Virus record (IMG/VR): IMGVR_UViG_3300021168_000001
Coordinates: 39,270 to 103,269 of that record
DNA: 64,000 nucleotides
Strand: one strand, 5' to 3'
From: a virus
Shown here: in pieces, positions 20,308 to 28,757 of the stretch
How the letters are laid out: the number at the start of each line of letters is the position of its first letter
Numbering within the stretch: position 1 is the first letter of the stretch
Position numbers and translations under genes: made by a program
Notes under the pieces: generated by a model
The model's input: only the letters and a program-made list of their open reading frames with translations
What the model was told of the DNA's origin: nothing
Databases searched by the model: none

Positions 20308-20727
20308 TTATCGTGGTTGCGTTAGTAGTTGTCCGAGCGAAGTACCTGAAGCCGGATTGATATACGGTATGCTACAGCCGAACATCGCAGGCTTTTGATT
20401 CGAGTCGACAACAGGAACGATGAAGCGGAAATCCTCGGAGTATTGGAATCGGCCTCCATCCCATCCATCGATAAGTGGCATGAACTTTCCATTGATCATG
20501 ATGGCTGAGGCTGAGCCTGTCGTTTCGGTAGCCGCAAGATGCCTCGTCCTGATGGTGTCGTTGAATTTCCTGATCTGCTCAGCTATCTCGATCTGCTGCT
20601 CATAGAGACGTTTGGCTTCGGCCGCCTCGGCTGGCGTCAATTGAATCACCTTCGCCGACTGCGCTATGACTGTGGCCACAAGCATGCACAGAAACATGAG
20701 TGCAACGATCCGACGTAGTTCTTTCAT
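20308..20727 (-). CDS. Secreted hypothetical protein
   Basis: MKELRRIVALMFLCMLVATVIA|Q signal peptide. Confidence 0.6.
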   Translation of the reverse strand: MKELRRIVALMFLCMLVATVIAQSAKVIQLTPAEAAEAKRLYEQQIEIAEQIRKFNDTIRTRHLAATETTGSASAIMINGKFMPLIDGWDGGRFQYSEDFRFIVPVVDSNQKPAMFGCSIPYINPASGTSLGQLLTQPR

Positions 20728-21642
20728 TGGACAGTCCCACCTATCGCTTCAAGCGATGGCGCGCGCTCCACGTATGTTGATTGACGAGGATCGTAGCCAT
20801 ACGCGTTGTTGTAGGCGAGAACTTCGATGTCGCCTGAACCGTCTGAAGTTTCGCGCCACGCCAAGAACTATTGCCTACCGCAATTCCAAGTGATCCTGTG
20901 CCATGCATGCATTTCCTCGGCGGCCTTGGGGAACACTGGCTTAGGCAAGGCCACCGGAGCGAGTGTTACATGGATGAGGTCCTGGCACTGGTCGCACTGG
21001 TAAGTGTTCGGGTCCTCATTGTTCACGACCTTCGTCAAATTAAGATGTTCGCATTCCATCCCGGCGCGCTCCGATCAGAGTCCCAATGTTTTGCCGGCGC
21101 TGTCGGCCATTGGCTTTTCATCTTCATTGTCGCTTTCGGGCCAAAAGTTCCCGAGGCAAGCGCGAGCAAGTTTAACCACCAGCGCCATGAATGCAACGAA
21201 GCCTACGATACAGCAGAGAGTAACTGGAACCACGAAGTTGATCTCCAGGTACTCCTCCCACGTCATCGGGTGGCCGGTCATTTGCGATCCAGAGCTAAAA
21301 GCTCTTTGTCAGATCCACGAAATTCGACCAGTTCACCAAGTGCAACGACCGTATCGTTGAATGCTTTGGCCGCTTCCTCACTCACGCCTATCATGAGTTT
21401 GGTATTTTCTCCATGGAGACAAATCAGTTCGCGTACCCTTTTCATCGCTGATTATCATTGCCTGCATCCTTCGGCGACTTCTGCTTTCTTGCTATGACAG
21501 CTGCATGTGCAGAACGGTCCAGGAACTCCATGCCTTGCTCTGAGGTGCCCGCTGCACTTCTTGTGTTCACTGCGCTTGCAGGTTGAGCTCGGATTGCTGC
21601 CGGGTCGGAATTGCTTTCTTAATCCCGGATACGGTCCAGGCT

Positions 21643-22191
21643 TCATCCTGCCATTCTTTCCAGCTGCTCGATCGGATAGTTCTGCTCACACACCGTGCAG
21701 CGCATCATTGTCGGGCCCCACCGCTTCAGTTTACTGCGACACCGAGGACAGGCGTTCACTGGTTTAGCCTTCTTCGGGATCGGCGGCGGAACGAGCGGGG
21801 CAACCTTCGGCGATCGGTGGAGGTTAGGTCCGATTCGAGTCTGCTGCCCCGTGCGCTCGATCGACTGCACTCGCCGCTCGTGGCCAGCAGCAGCGCGGTC
21901 GATTTTTGGCTTCATGGGCCGGGATCCACCACGACTCCCGGCCCGGCGTACTGCTTTTGTGCGGGATGGGCTGGTAGTCCCCAACGCGATACTGCTGCGC
22001 CCAGCCTCGAGGGATGGCTTCCGGCCGGTGGCCGGCTTTAACCTGCGCGCGATCTTCGTTACTCGCGCTTTTGAAAGAACCCCGATGCAATAGTCCCGCA
22101 ACGTCAGGCCCTTCTTCGTGGCGTTGGACTTCAGCTTCTCCATCAAAGCTGGTGAGACATTGCGAATGTTCAGAGCACGATCGCCGCCCAT
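21643..22191 (-). CDS. Ribbon-helix-helix DNA-binding protein with C-terminal Zn ribbon
   Basis: LNIRNVSPALMEKLKSNATKKGLTLRDY (FitA/Arc-like RHH) and CPRC...CTVC. Confidence 0.6.
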   Translation of the reverse strand: MGGDRALNIRNVSPALMEKLKSNATKKGLTLRDYCIGVLSKARVTKIARRLKPATGRKPSLEAGRSSIALGTTSPSRTKAVRRAGSRGGSRPMKPKIDRAAAGHERRVQSIERTGQQTRIGPNLHRSPKVAPLVPPPIPKKAKPVNACPRCRSKLKRWGPTMMRCTVCEQNYPIEQLERMAG

Positions 22192-22214
22192 GCCAAAGAT
22201 GTTACATCATCACG

Positions 22215-22245
22215 AACAAAAGGCGCTCCAGAAAAGAGCGCCTTT
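22215..22245 (-). terminator. Intrinsic terminator
   Basis: AAAGGCGCTC/GAGCGCCTTT 10-bp stem with a U-rich tail on the minus strand. Confidence 0.55.
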
Positions 22246-22343
22246 CATTCTGCCTGTTGCGTTGTAACGTACCTATCAGAGGTGTCCCGAGGCCGGATGC
22301 CTCACTCGTTTGTCTGAGTGCTGGGTCCGGCTTGCTCACGATT

Positions 22344-22604
22344 TTAGCTTATGTTGATGTTCACCGTGTTGGAGAATCGCTGCTCGCCTCCCTCACCAGT
22401 CCAGGTGTTCATTGATCCAAAGGCGCTAACAGTCACCTCGCGAACCGGGCTGTTGCCTGCGAGAGAGTCGGCGATCAGTGCGCGTGCCTTTTGCTTGATC
22501 GTCTCTTCCGGCTCCAGGAGCGTGCTCATCGATTCGAACTGCCGCTCGATCTGCGTGGCCGCTTCGTCCGACTTCATCCCGTTACAACTTACGCTCCAAC
22601 TCAT
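22344..22604 (-). CDS. Hypothetical protein
   Basis: Coupled (ATGA) to the terS stop. Confidence 0.5.
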   Translation of the reverse strand: MSWSVSCNGMKSDEAATQIERQFESMSTLLEPEETIKQKARALIADSLAGNSPVREVTVSAFGSMNTWTGEGGEQRFSNTVNINIS

Positions 22605-23047
22605 TCCGAACCTCCCGAGCCACCGGTACCATCGGCCGGCTCACTGGTTGTTACATCCGTTTGTGCCTCGCCAGATTCCGCTGCTGGCGCCTCTTCGTCC
22701 TTCGGCGGCTCCGCGGCCGGCCCGGCCATCAATGCCTTGAAGAATCCCTCGAGCTGGTCTCCCAGGCCCGTCTGCTTCCGCCCACCCTCATCACTCTGCC
22801 CCAGGTGCTGCTTCCCCAACCAGATCAGCATCGTCGGGTTCTTCTTGTTCACACCCACATCGTACTGAGCTCGCTTGATGCTGGACTTCATTGTCGACCA
22901 GCCGCGCTCAACCTGCTTTTTGTATTTTCGGTGCAGCGTGTCTGCCGAGCAATCCAGCAGTTGGCCAATTTCCTCGAGGGTCAGACCGATCGAGGCAGCG
23001 GCTTCAACTTGCTTGGGATCGATGTTTGGTGTTGGTCGGCGACCCAT
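22601..23047 (-). CDS. terS: Terminase small subunit
   Basis: N-terminal HTH (GLTLEEIGQLLDCSADTL) and NPTMLIWLGKQHLGQSD motif typical of HTH-type TerS. Confidence 0.75.
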   Translation of the reverse strand: MGRRPTPNIDPKQVEAAASIGLTLEEIGQLLDCSADTLHRKYKKQVERGWSTMKSSIKRAQYDVGVNKKNPTMLIWLGKQHLGQSDEGGRKQTGLGDQLEGFFKALMAGPAAEPPKDEEAPAAESGEAQTDVTTSEPADGTGGSGGSE

Positions 23048-23284
23048 TCACGTAGCAACTCGTTCCTTTCCGCATTTGAATATTGGGGTTTAAGTTGAGC
23101 GGGGAAGCGAGTTTGAAAAGAAGAAATGGGGAGAGAAGAGGTGTTATGGGGCTAAATTTTCAATTGCTTATCGCTAAATCCGCTGAGGTTTTGAGAGGTG
23201 ATTGTTACATCAGGAAGGAATCTAAGTTGTTGTTTTCATTGTTATTTGTTTTTTGTGAAGACGCGCGAGCGGTCTCACCGCACA

Positions 23285-23641
23285 CTACGCGTGCGCTGGC
23301 CGTCGAACGAGTAGTCCGTAACCGGACCAACGTTCAATCTGGAAACGAGATGTCTGGGAGTCTGGGAAGTTCATTCCTGCCAGGCCCAAAGAATCGTTGC
23401 GCGTCAGAGAACACGCTGAGTCCGGCGAATTGGAAGGATCTGGATGTAGTTTAGGTAGGGCGCTGTATTGATCGCCCATGAGTTTGAAAATCAGTATGGT
23501 CTGGCCTTTGCGCGGCACCGCCGACCGTTTAACAAGCCCTTGTTCTGCAAGCACTTCGTAGACTTCCACGTCGGCTTCAGATAGACGCATCATGAACTCG
23601 CCCGCGGCGTTACGCAGGACAGCAGAAGCTATTTTTGGCAA
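23285..23641 (-). CDS. Hypothetical protein
   Basis: SD (GGAGAG) before a TTG start; 118 aa. Confidence 0.5.
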   Translation of the reverse strand: MPKIASAVLRNAAGEFMMRLSEADVEVYEVLAEQGLVKRSAVPRKGQTILIFKLMGDQYSALPKLHPDPSNSPDSACSLTRNDSLGLAGMNFPDSQTSRFQIERWSGYGLLVRRPAHA

Positions 23642-25052
23642 TGGGTCTCTCCAGTTCTGGCGCGGTGGAATCGCTCCGCGAGTGCGCTATTTAGGGAAGG
23701 ACGACAACTGCATGAAAGAATAGCGGTTTTGTTCCCTTTGTCAATGCACTGTTCGCGCGACAGGTTCTCAAGAAGGAAACTGGTTACCAGCCTCTACCGG
23801 GATTTACCGGAGATGGAAGCGGTATCTGGCAATGGAATTAAGTGTATTTAACATCAATAGTTTGAATATAGATATCCATTAAATTTCCACAGATTTATAA
23901 ACCGACATTTACCGGGGAATTCCAGGATGTAACATCATGTGACGATAGTCACATCTGGCAAGAACAAGTTAGCATCACTTTACATGGCCCACCCGTGCGG
24001 AGAATGAAGGGCACGTCGATCCACTGGCGTGCCGTGCCCTTCTTCTCATCGCGGATCGTCACAAGGCTAGAGCAAGGAGTTGCAATCGCCCGGAGAGCAA
24101 GGAGCTCGCAAGCCGCTCTCGCGTTCCTGCCCATCTTCGCTCCTCGAGTGGGCAGCATCCCTCGATCCGCGAATTCCCTTTATAATCCCATTTCAATGGG
24201 TACCAAAACAGAGCGGTTGTGGATCTCACCATCTTCCACCGGTTCCAGCCTTTCCAGATTCCTGTGGTGACAGCACGACACGACTCCATCACGCAACCGC
24301 TTGACCTTGACAGAATCGCAGTAACCCAGATTGTTATAGATCCGCAGCACCTGGACCTCGAACGGGTCTGGTCCTCCTCTGTAAATCAGGATATCGCCGA
24401 CATTTGGAAAGTCGATCATGAGCCATTCCTCAGCAAGCGCGGCCGCACTTGGTTGCGAATCACCTCTCCTGCGCTTGTCAGTTGATCGGCAACGAATGAG
24501 TTCCATTCAGATACCTTGGCCGGCATCGCAGATAGTGGAATCTCGATGGACACATCAATGCGCTGAACCCGTTGCGGATGCAGCTGCATCGCAGGACCTA
24601 TATCGATCTTCGTTCCATTTGGGATGCGCGGCTTGCATCGTGTAAGAGTTCCATGCGTCATTGCGAACTGTCACCAAACACCTCTGAAGGGATTTCGCTT
24701 GCCTTGTTCGTTACCAATTTTTACAGGGGACCCGTCGTGGTCGGAAATCTTTCGCCCCTCAAGCACGTCGAAGCCTGTGAACGATGGCCATGGCGCATCA
24801 CGCAATGCCTCGAGTTTCACTTTCAGCTGGGCATGCCTCTGTTCAAAAGCCTCGCGGTCACTGCCCAATATCCAACCTCCTTCGCGCGTAATGTCTCGGT
24901 CAATCACGCACGCGAGGAGGTGAATCACTTCGGCCATTTCTAATTGGAGAGACGTCATACTTTCACCTTTTCAGCCACGACGCGATGCGGCTGTCGTGGC
25001 ATGTGCGCTGGATGCCGCATCCAAACCATCCTCACAAAGACGGACCAGGAAC

Positions 25053-25355
25053 CTAGGAACTGGGCGCAACATTGACGGGGACATTTGATCCCGCAATCTT
25101 CTTGTCGATGAATTCGACCAGCTTCCCCACCGTCTTTAGCTCTTCGATTGTTTCTTCATCTTCGCGAAGATCAATATCGAAAGACTCCTCGATCGACATT
25201 ACGAGTTCGACAAAGTCGAGAGAATCGGCACCAAGGTCCTGCGTAAACTCCGCACCGGGTGTTAGTTGCTCCTCATCCACCATCAGCTGGTCGCTGATTA
25301 TCTTTTTCAACTTTGCTTCAACCGAGTTGGGTTTCGGTACAGGAATCCTGTTCAT
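25053..25355 (-). CDS. acpP: Acyl carrier protein
   Basis: DLGADSLDFVELVMSIEESFDI with the phosphopantetheine Ser intact; GGAGG SD before ATG 25355. Confidence 0.9.
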   Translation of the reverse strand: MNRIPVPKPNSVEAKLKKIISDQLMVDEEQLTPGAEFTQDLGADSLDFVELVMSIEESFDIDLREDEETIEELKTVGKLVEFIDKKIAGSNVPVNVAPSS

Positions 25356-25464
25356 CGACCACCTCCCCACTTTTTCGCTTGGCGCCGGCGATCCGCGGCA
25401 AGACAGATCGCCGGCTTTGTGCATGCGGGCTATCCCGGCAGGAGCCACACGCACAACCTTATGA

Positions 25465-25794
25465 TTACACCGCAGCCGGTTCGTTTTTGTCTTCCGTGGT
25501 GATCGCACCGCCAAGAGCTTCGAGCTCCTTGCGCAGATCGGCACGCCGCTCCTCCGCAGTGCGGAGGCCGCGAAGCTCAGCGTGGATCTTCTGAATGCGA
25601 TGAGCCTTGTCAGCTTCGACCAACGTGGAAACCTGGGTGCGGATCGCAACGACCTTATCTTCAAACCACTTCGGGACCGGTGCTTCCAGTTCACCGAATT
25701 CGGTCTTAACAAGCCGCGCGAGCGCAGACAGTTCGACGAGTTCGTCGAGGCTGGCACCGTTCTTGTTGAAGTTTCTGATTGCTTCAAGCAGCAT
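25465..25794 (-). CDS. Small helical/coiled-coil protein coupled to the Ro60-like gene
   Basis: Overlaps the Ro60-like stop; AGGAGG SD. Confidence 0.65.
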   Translation of the reverse strand: MLLEAIRNFNKNGASLDELVELSALARLVKTEFGELEAPVPKWFEDKVVAIRTQVSTLVEADKAHRIQKIHAELRGLRTAEERRADLRKELEALGGAITTEDKNEPAAV

Positions 25795-27319
25795 TGACTG
25801 GTACCTCCTTTCTCAGATTTTTGAGAACATCATCCAACGTCAGAAGCCTGGAACCGAGCACCTCATCGATCAAACTGTAACGCGAAACGCGCATCGTCTG
25901 CACGATGTTGGGCAGGCTATACATGTCGGCCGTTTGTGACCGCATGTCGAATTCCTGCATTTCGATTCCGGCATTGCGCATCGTCAAGGCGAGATCGCGA
26001 TCATGAAGGGCCCTCACCGAACCCTGGAACCGGTAGAAGTACACTGGAGGTTCCTTATCGAGCATCTTACAAAGACTCTGATAGCGATCAACAAAGAACG
26101 GTGGCGTATTCTCCTGGCCATCCGACACCACCGCGATTCCATCCACCGGAAGCTTCTTGTCCATCGCATATTGGACACCGCACCCAATCGACGTTCCGCC
26201 ACCGATGAGTACATGGCGGGTGTCCGCAAGGATCTGCCCATAGTCCTTGCCTGTTACATCGAAGTAACGCGGCGAGGAGTCAAAGAAGATCAGGCTCACC
26301 TTCCCCTTGACGAACTTCGCTAGAGTGGCGGCCATAGTCCGCGCCACCTCGATACACTGCGACATGCTAGGGCTGCTGTCGCCGAGTACGAGCCAGTCCC
26401 CATCGATGCCGCCCAGCTTCTCGATCTGGCGCTCCTGGAGGCTGACCAACTTTTCCTTAAGGCCTTCGTCCTCGACAACTTCGGCCGCTCGCGTGGTCTT
26501 GAGCATATTCGCAGTGCTCTTCGATGCGCGCTTCAATCCCTCCTCGAAGGCACCACGTAGCGCCGGGTTGGTCTTGACACCACACCGCTCGAGCAGCTTT
26601 GTGTTCGTCACCAGTTCCGAAGGCGACATCTGCGTGATCAGTGCATGCAACAGGTCGGTATCCTTGGCCTTTTCTTCAAGCGCGCCCATTGCGATCAGGA
26701 ATGGGATCCTGCTCGTGATGATCGCGCTGGCTGCATCGGCAGAAGACATCTGCTTAAGGCCTGCGACCACCTCGAAAATCGAACCGGCCGGAAGCCCAGG
26801 ACGCGATGCTTCATTCTTGTCGCGATTCTTCCCATGGTGCAATACCCTCGAAACGTAATCGCTGCCGGCCTTCACATGAGCGAGCGTATAGAGCGATCGC
26901 AGCGGACGGCGGTGCTGCAGCGCGGTGCGGTCCCAGCGGCCACGGTCAGCTTCGAGATTGCGCAGGTAGGTCTCGATGATATTGCCCAGACGATTCACGA
27001 ATCCCTTCGGCCGCACCGCCAGCGCAAAGCGATAAGCTCGAACGAGCTCGCGCGGGCCGAGCGCAGCGAAGTGCGCAAGACTATTCTCGATGAATTCGGG
27101 AACCGCTGTGAATTGTGGCACCGTCAGCGATACGACTGGCAGAGCGACCTTAGAGTCACGCACATCACCCTTCACCATGTTCCAACTAATGAGGTGCGCC
27201 ATGAACTCCGGTTCCAGCTGCGCGGCCTGTTGGCCGACTGGCATGTACTCCTGGAGATTGCCATGTGGTGACTTGGCCAACTCCGACAAAATCTTATTCT
27301 TTGTGAATTGGGATTCCAT
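25784..27319 (-). CDS. Ro60/TROVE-like protein with C-terminal VWA domain
   Basis: Helical N-terminal region (DSKVALP, LYTLAHVK, QMSPSELVTN) plus VWA MIDAS motif GDSSPSM, GGTSIG and VVSDGQEN. Lies next to Y-RNA-like elements. Start taken at MESQF (27319). Confidence 0.7.
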   Translation of the reverse strand: MESQFTKNKILSELAKSPHGNLQEYMPVGQQAAQLEPEFMAHLISWNMVKGDVRDSKVALPVVSLTVPQFTAVPEFIENSLAHFAALGPRELVRAYRFALAVRPKGFVNRLGNIIETYLRNLEADRGRWDRTALQHRRPLRSLYTLAHVKAGSDYVSRVLHHGKNRDKNEASRPGLPAGSIFEVVAGLKQMSSADAASAIITSRIPFLIAMGALEEKAKDTDLLHALITQMSPSELVTNTKLLERCGVKTNPALRGAFEEGLKRASKSTANMLKTTRAAEVVEDEGLKEKLVSLQERQIEKLGGIDGDWLVLGDSSPSMSQCIEVARTMAATLAKFVKGKVSLIFFDSSPRYFDVTGKDYGQILADTRHVLIGGGTSIGCGVQYAMDKKLPVDGIAVVSDGQENTPPFFVDRYQSLCKMLDKEPPVYFYRFQGSVRALHDRDLALTMRNAGIEMQEFDMRSQTADMYSLPNIVQTMRVSRYSLIDEVLGSRLLTLDDVLKNLRKEVPVNAA

Positions 27320-27361
27320 TTTCTGACCACCTTCGGTTTTAACTTTGAAACGTGAAAACAG

Positions 27362-27430
27362 CCAGAGGCCTCCGGCTCTGACTCCCGAAAGAGTCTGAGT
27401 AATCATTGCCTCCTTCGAGCCTGCCTCTGG
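27362..27430 (-). ncRNA. Structured RNA element between the HNH and Ro60-like genes
   Basis: CCAGAGGC/GCCTCTGG terminal stem, GGCTC/GAGCC inner stem and GACTCT-TTCG-GGAGTC hairpin. Confidence 0.45.
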
Positions 27431-27433
27431 AAC

Positions 27434-28063
27434 TTATGGGAGCTTGCGAGTTTCGAGATGATGCAGCAGCATGGAATAACTCAGATGCTTGATCCTGCAC
27501 CATTCTTCCGGGTCCATCGCGCCTTTTTCTTTGTTACATTTTCGGCAGGCCGTCAGGTAATTGCTCGTGTCGTTGAAGCCACCTAACTCGAGTGGCCGGA
27601 AGTGATCGATCGTGAGAGGCGCCTTGCCCATCTTTACATCGCAATACATGCACTTCGAGCCATCAGCCAGCCACACCTTCTGCTGGATGAAGCCGCTAAT
27701 CTCATAGCGCACTTTGCGGTGGAAGGCCTTCGCCGGCATCACGAGAATCTCTGGATCGTCGGAGCGCTGCAGCCAGTCGGTCCACTCTTCAGCGGTCAGA
27801 CCGTACACAAGGACGTTCGGACCGGCCGCAACACCGTTGCCCCAAAGCGGTGCGCCAGGCAGCATGAGCACGGCCTGCGCGCCTTCGCCGCCGACCACGA
27901 GACCTTCGATTTTGAGGAGAGATCCGACATCACCATGGAGTGCCGGGCGGTGATGCAGCTGGAGTTCGTAGAACCGGTCATTGCTTGCCACAATGACTCC
28001 TTTCAGTTTTTGCCCGAAGATCGGCCTGGTGTTTTGATTTCTAGCATCGAGCCTAATGGTCAT
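27434..28063 (-). CDS. HNH nuclease-domain protein with a ~110 aa unique N-terminal domain
   Basis: CMYC...LTIDHFRPLELGG...NYLTACRKCNKEKG. Confidence 0.8.
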   Translation of the reverse strand: MTIRLDARNQNTRPIFGQKLKGVIVASNDRFYELQLHHRPALHGDVGSLLKIEGLVVGGEGAQAVLMLPGAPLWGNGVAAGPNVLVYGLTAEEWTDWLQRSDDPEILVMPAKAFHRKVRYEISGFIQQKVWLADGSKCMYCDVKMGKAPLTIDHFRPLELGGFNDTSNYLTACRKCNKEKGAMDPEEWCRIKHLSYSMLLHHLETRKLP

Positions 28064-28088
28064 TCGACCTTTTCGGCCCTAGCCGGAA

Positions 28089-28162
28089 GCCCCGATAAAG
28101 GTTTTTGTGGCGGGGCTTCCACTTTTAGGGTGGAAAATCATGTAACCAATCCAGTATCGGGC
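28089..28162 (-). ncRNA. Y-RNA-like element 4 (short, divergent)
   Basis: CCCGATA/TATCGGG stem, CTGGATTGGTTACATG motif and TTCCAC/GTGGAA hairpin. Confidence 0.55.
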
Positions 28163-28170
28163 AAATTTTC

Positions 28171-28238
28171 TGAGGCTAGATCGTCCGGCTGTTCACTGAT
28201 CCTTCGCAAGAGTCATGTAAGCCGTACAGTAAGCCCCA
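28171..28238 (-). ncRNA. Y-RNA-like element 3 (minimal)
   Basis: TGGGGCT/AGCCTCA stem (a G.U pair fixes the strand), with CTGTACGGCTTACATG and CAGCCGGACGATCT motifs. Confidence 0.7.
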
Positions 28239-28247
28239 AGCTTTGAA

Positions 28248-28404
28248 TGGGCGACCCAGGAGTCGAACCTGGATGAATCAGCCTTTCGGCTGGTCCTGCA
28301 TGTATGCAACCGAGTGGGCAGCTTTCGCGGCCAGATCCGTCTGCAATCGGCTCTGGTTTCCCAGAACCGTTTGTTCGCTGCGTTTGCCATTCCGCCAGTC
28401 GCCC
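28248..28404 (-). ncRNA. tRNA-shaped RNA with an expanded anticodon/variable region
   Basis: Perfect acceptor stem GGGCGAC/GTCGCCC plus A, D-arm GCGGAATGGCAAACGC, T-arm CCAGG-TTCGACT-CCTGG and an ~105 nt multi-hairpin interior. Confidence 0.75.
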
Positions 28405-28410
28405 AAAACT

Positions 28411-28580
28411 TGATCCCCGTCTCTCCGGAGCGTCACCGCTTGTTCATTGTGGCATTGCGGTTACTGAGCAGATAGGCTTGCGCCCGCTGTACCATGTGTC
28501 CGATGAACTCGGAAGGAGCGCCTACGGGTAATACTCACTCCTGATTCGTTTTCAAGCTCCCCAGCAGCGCTACTGGATCA
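28411..28580 (-). ncRNA. Unassigned structured RNA candidate
   Basis: TGATCC/GGATCA closing stem, AGCG-CTGCT / AGCGG-TGA-CGCT bulged helix and CCG-GAGAGA-CGG hairpin. Confidence 0.45.
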
Positions 28581-28616
28581 TAGCCGACCCGCGAATAAAC
28601 ATCGCCTCGATTTGAA

Positions 28617-28750
28617 TTTCCCTTTGCAGATCGTTCGGCAATTCATTGATTGTGAGAATCGGGTTCGAACCGATTACCTACTGATTTGACTGTCAGTTGC
28701 TCTTCCAAATGAGCTACCTCGCATGTACGCCACCCAGTAGCAAAGGGAAA
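28617..28750 (-). ncRNA. Y-RNA-like element 2 carrying a full non-permuted tRNA-like cloverleaf (28651-28723)
   Basis: 11-bp stem TTTCCCTTTGC/GCAAAGGGAAA; CTGGGTGGCGTACATG and GCCGAACGATCT motifs; D, anticodon and T arms in canonical order. Confidence 0.8.
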
Positions 28751-28757
28751 ACTTGAA

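Noticed and set aside
25356-25787. N-terminal extension of the 244-aa ORF containing ACP
   Set aside because: It overlaps the 109-aa gene and two intergenic hairpins; a good SD supports the start at 25355.
28248-28404. tmRNA or intron-containing tRNA
   Set aside because: It has a paired D-arm, no G3.U70 pair and no tag ORF, and the insert is far too short for a group I intron.
28193-28531. Short ORFs 28193..28390 (-) and 28304..28531 (+)
   Set aside because: They overlap clear RNA structures and have no protein-like features.
28651-28723. Calling this a functional tRNA-Asp gene
   Set aside because: 8-nt loop, A33, an acceptor mismatch, no CCA and nesting in a Y-like stem; reported as tRNA-like instead.
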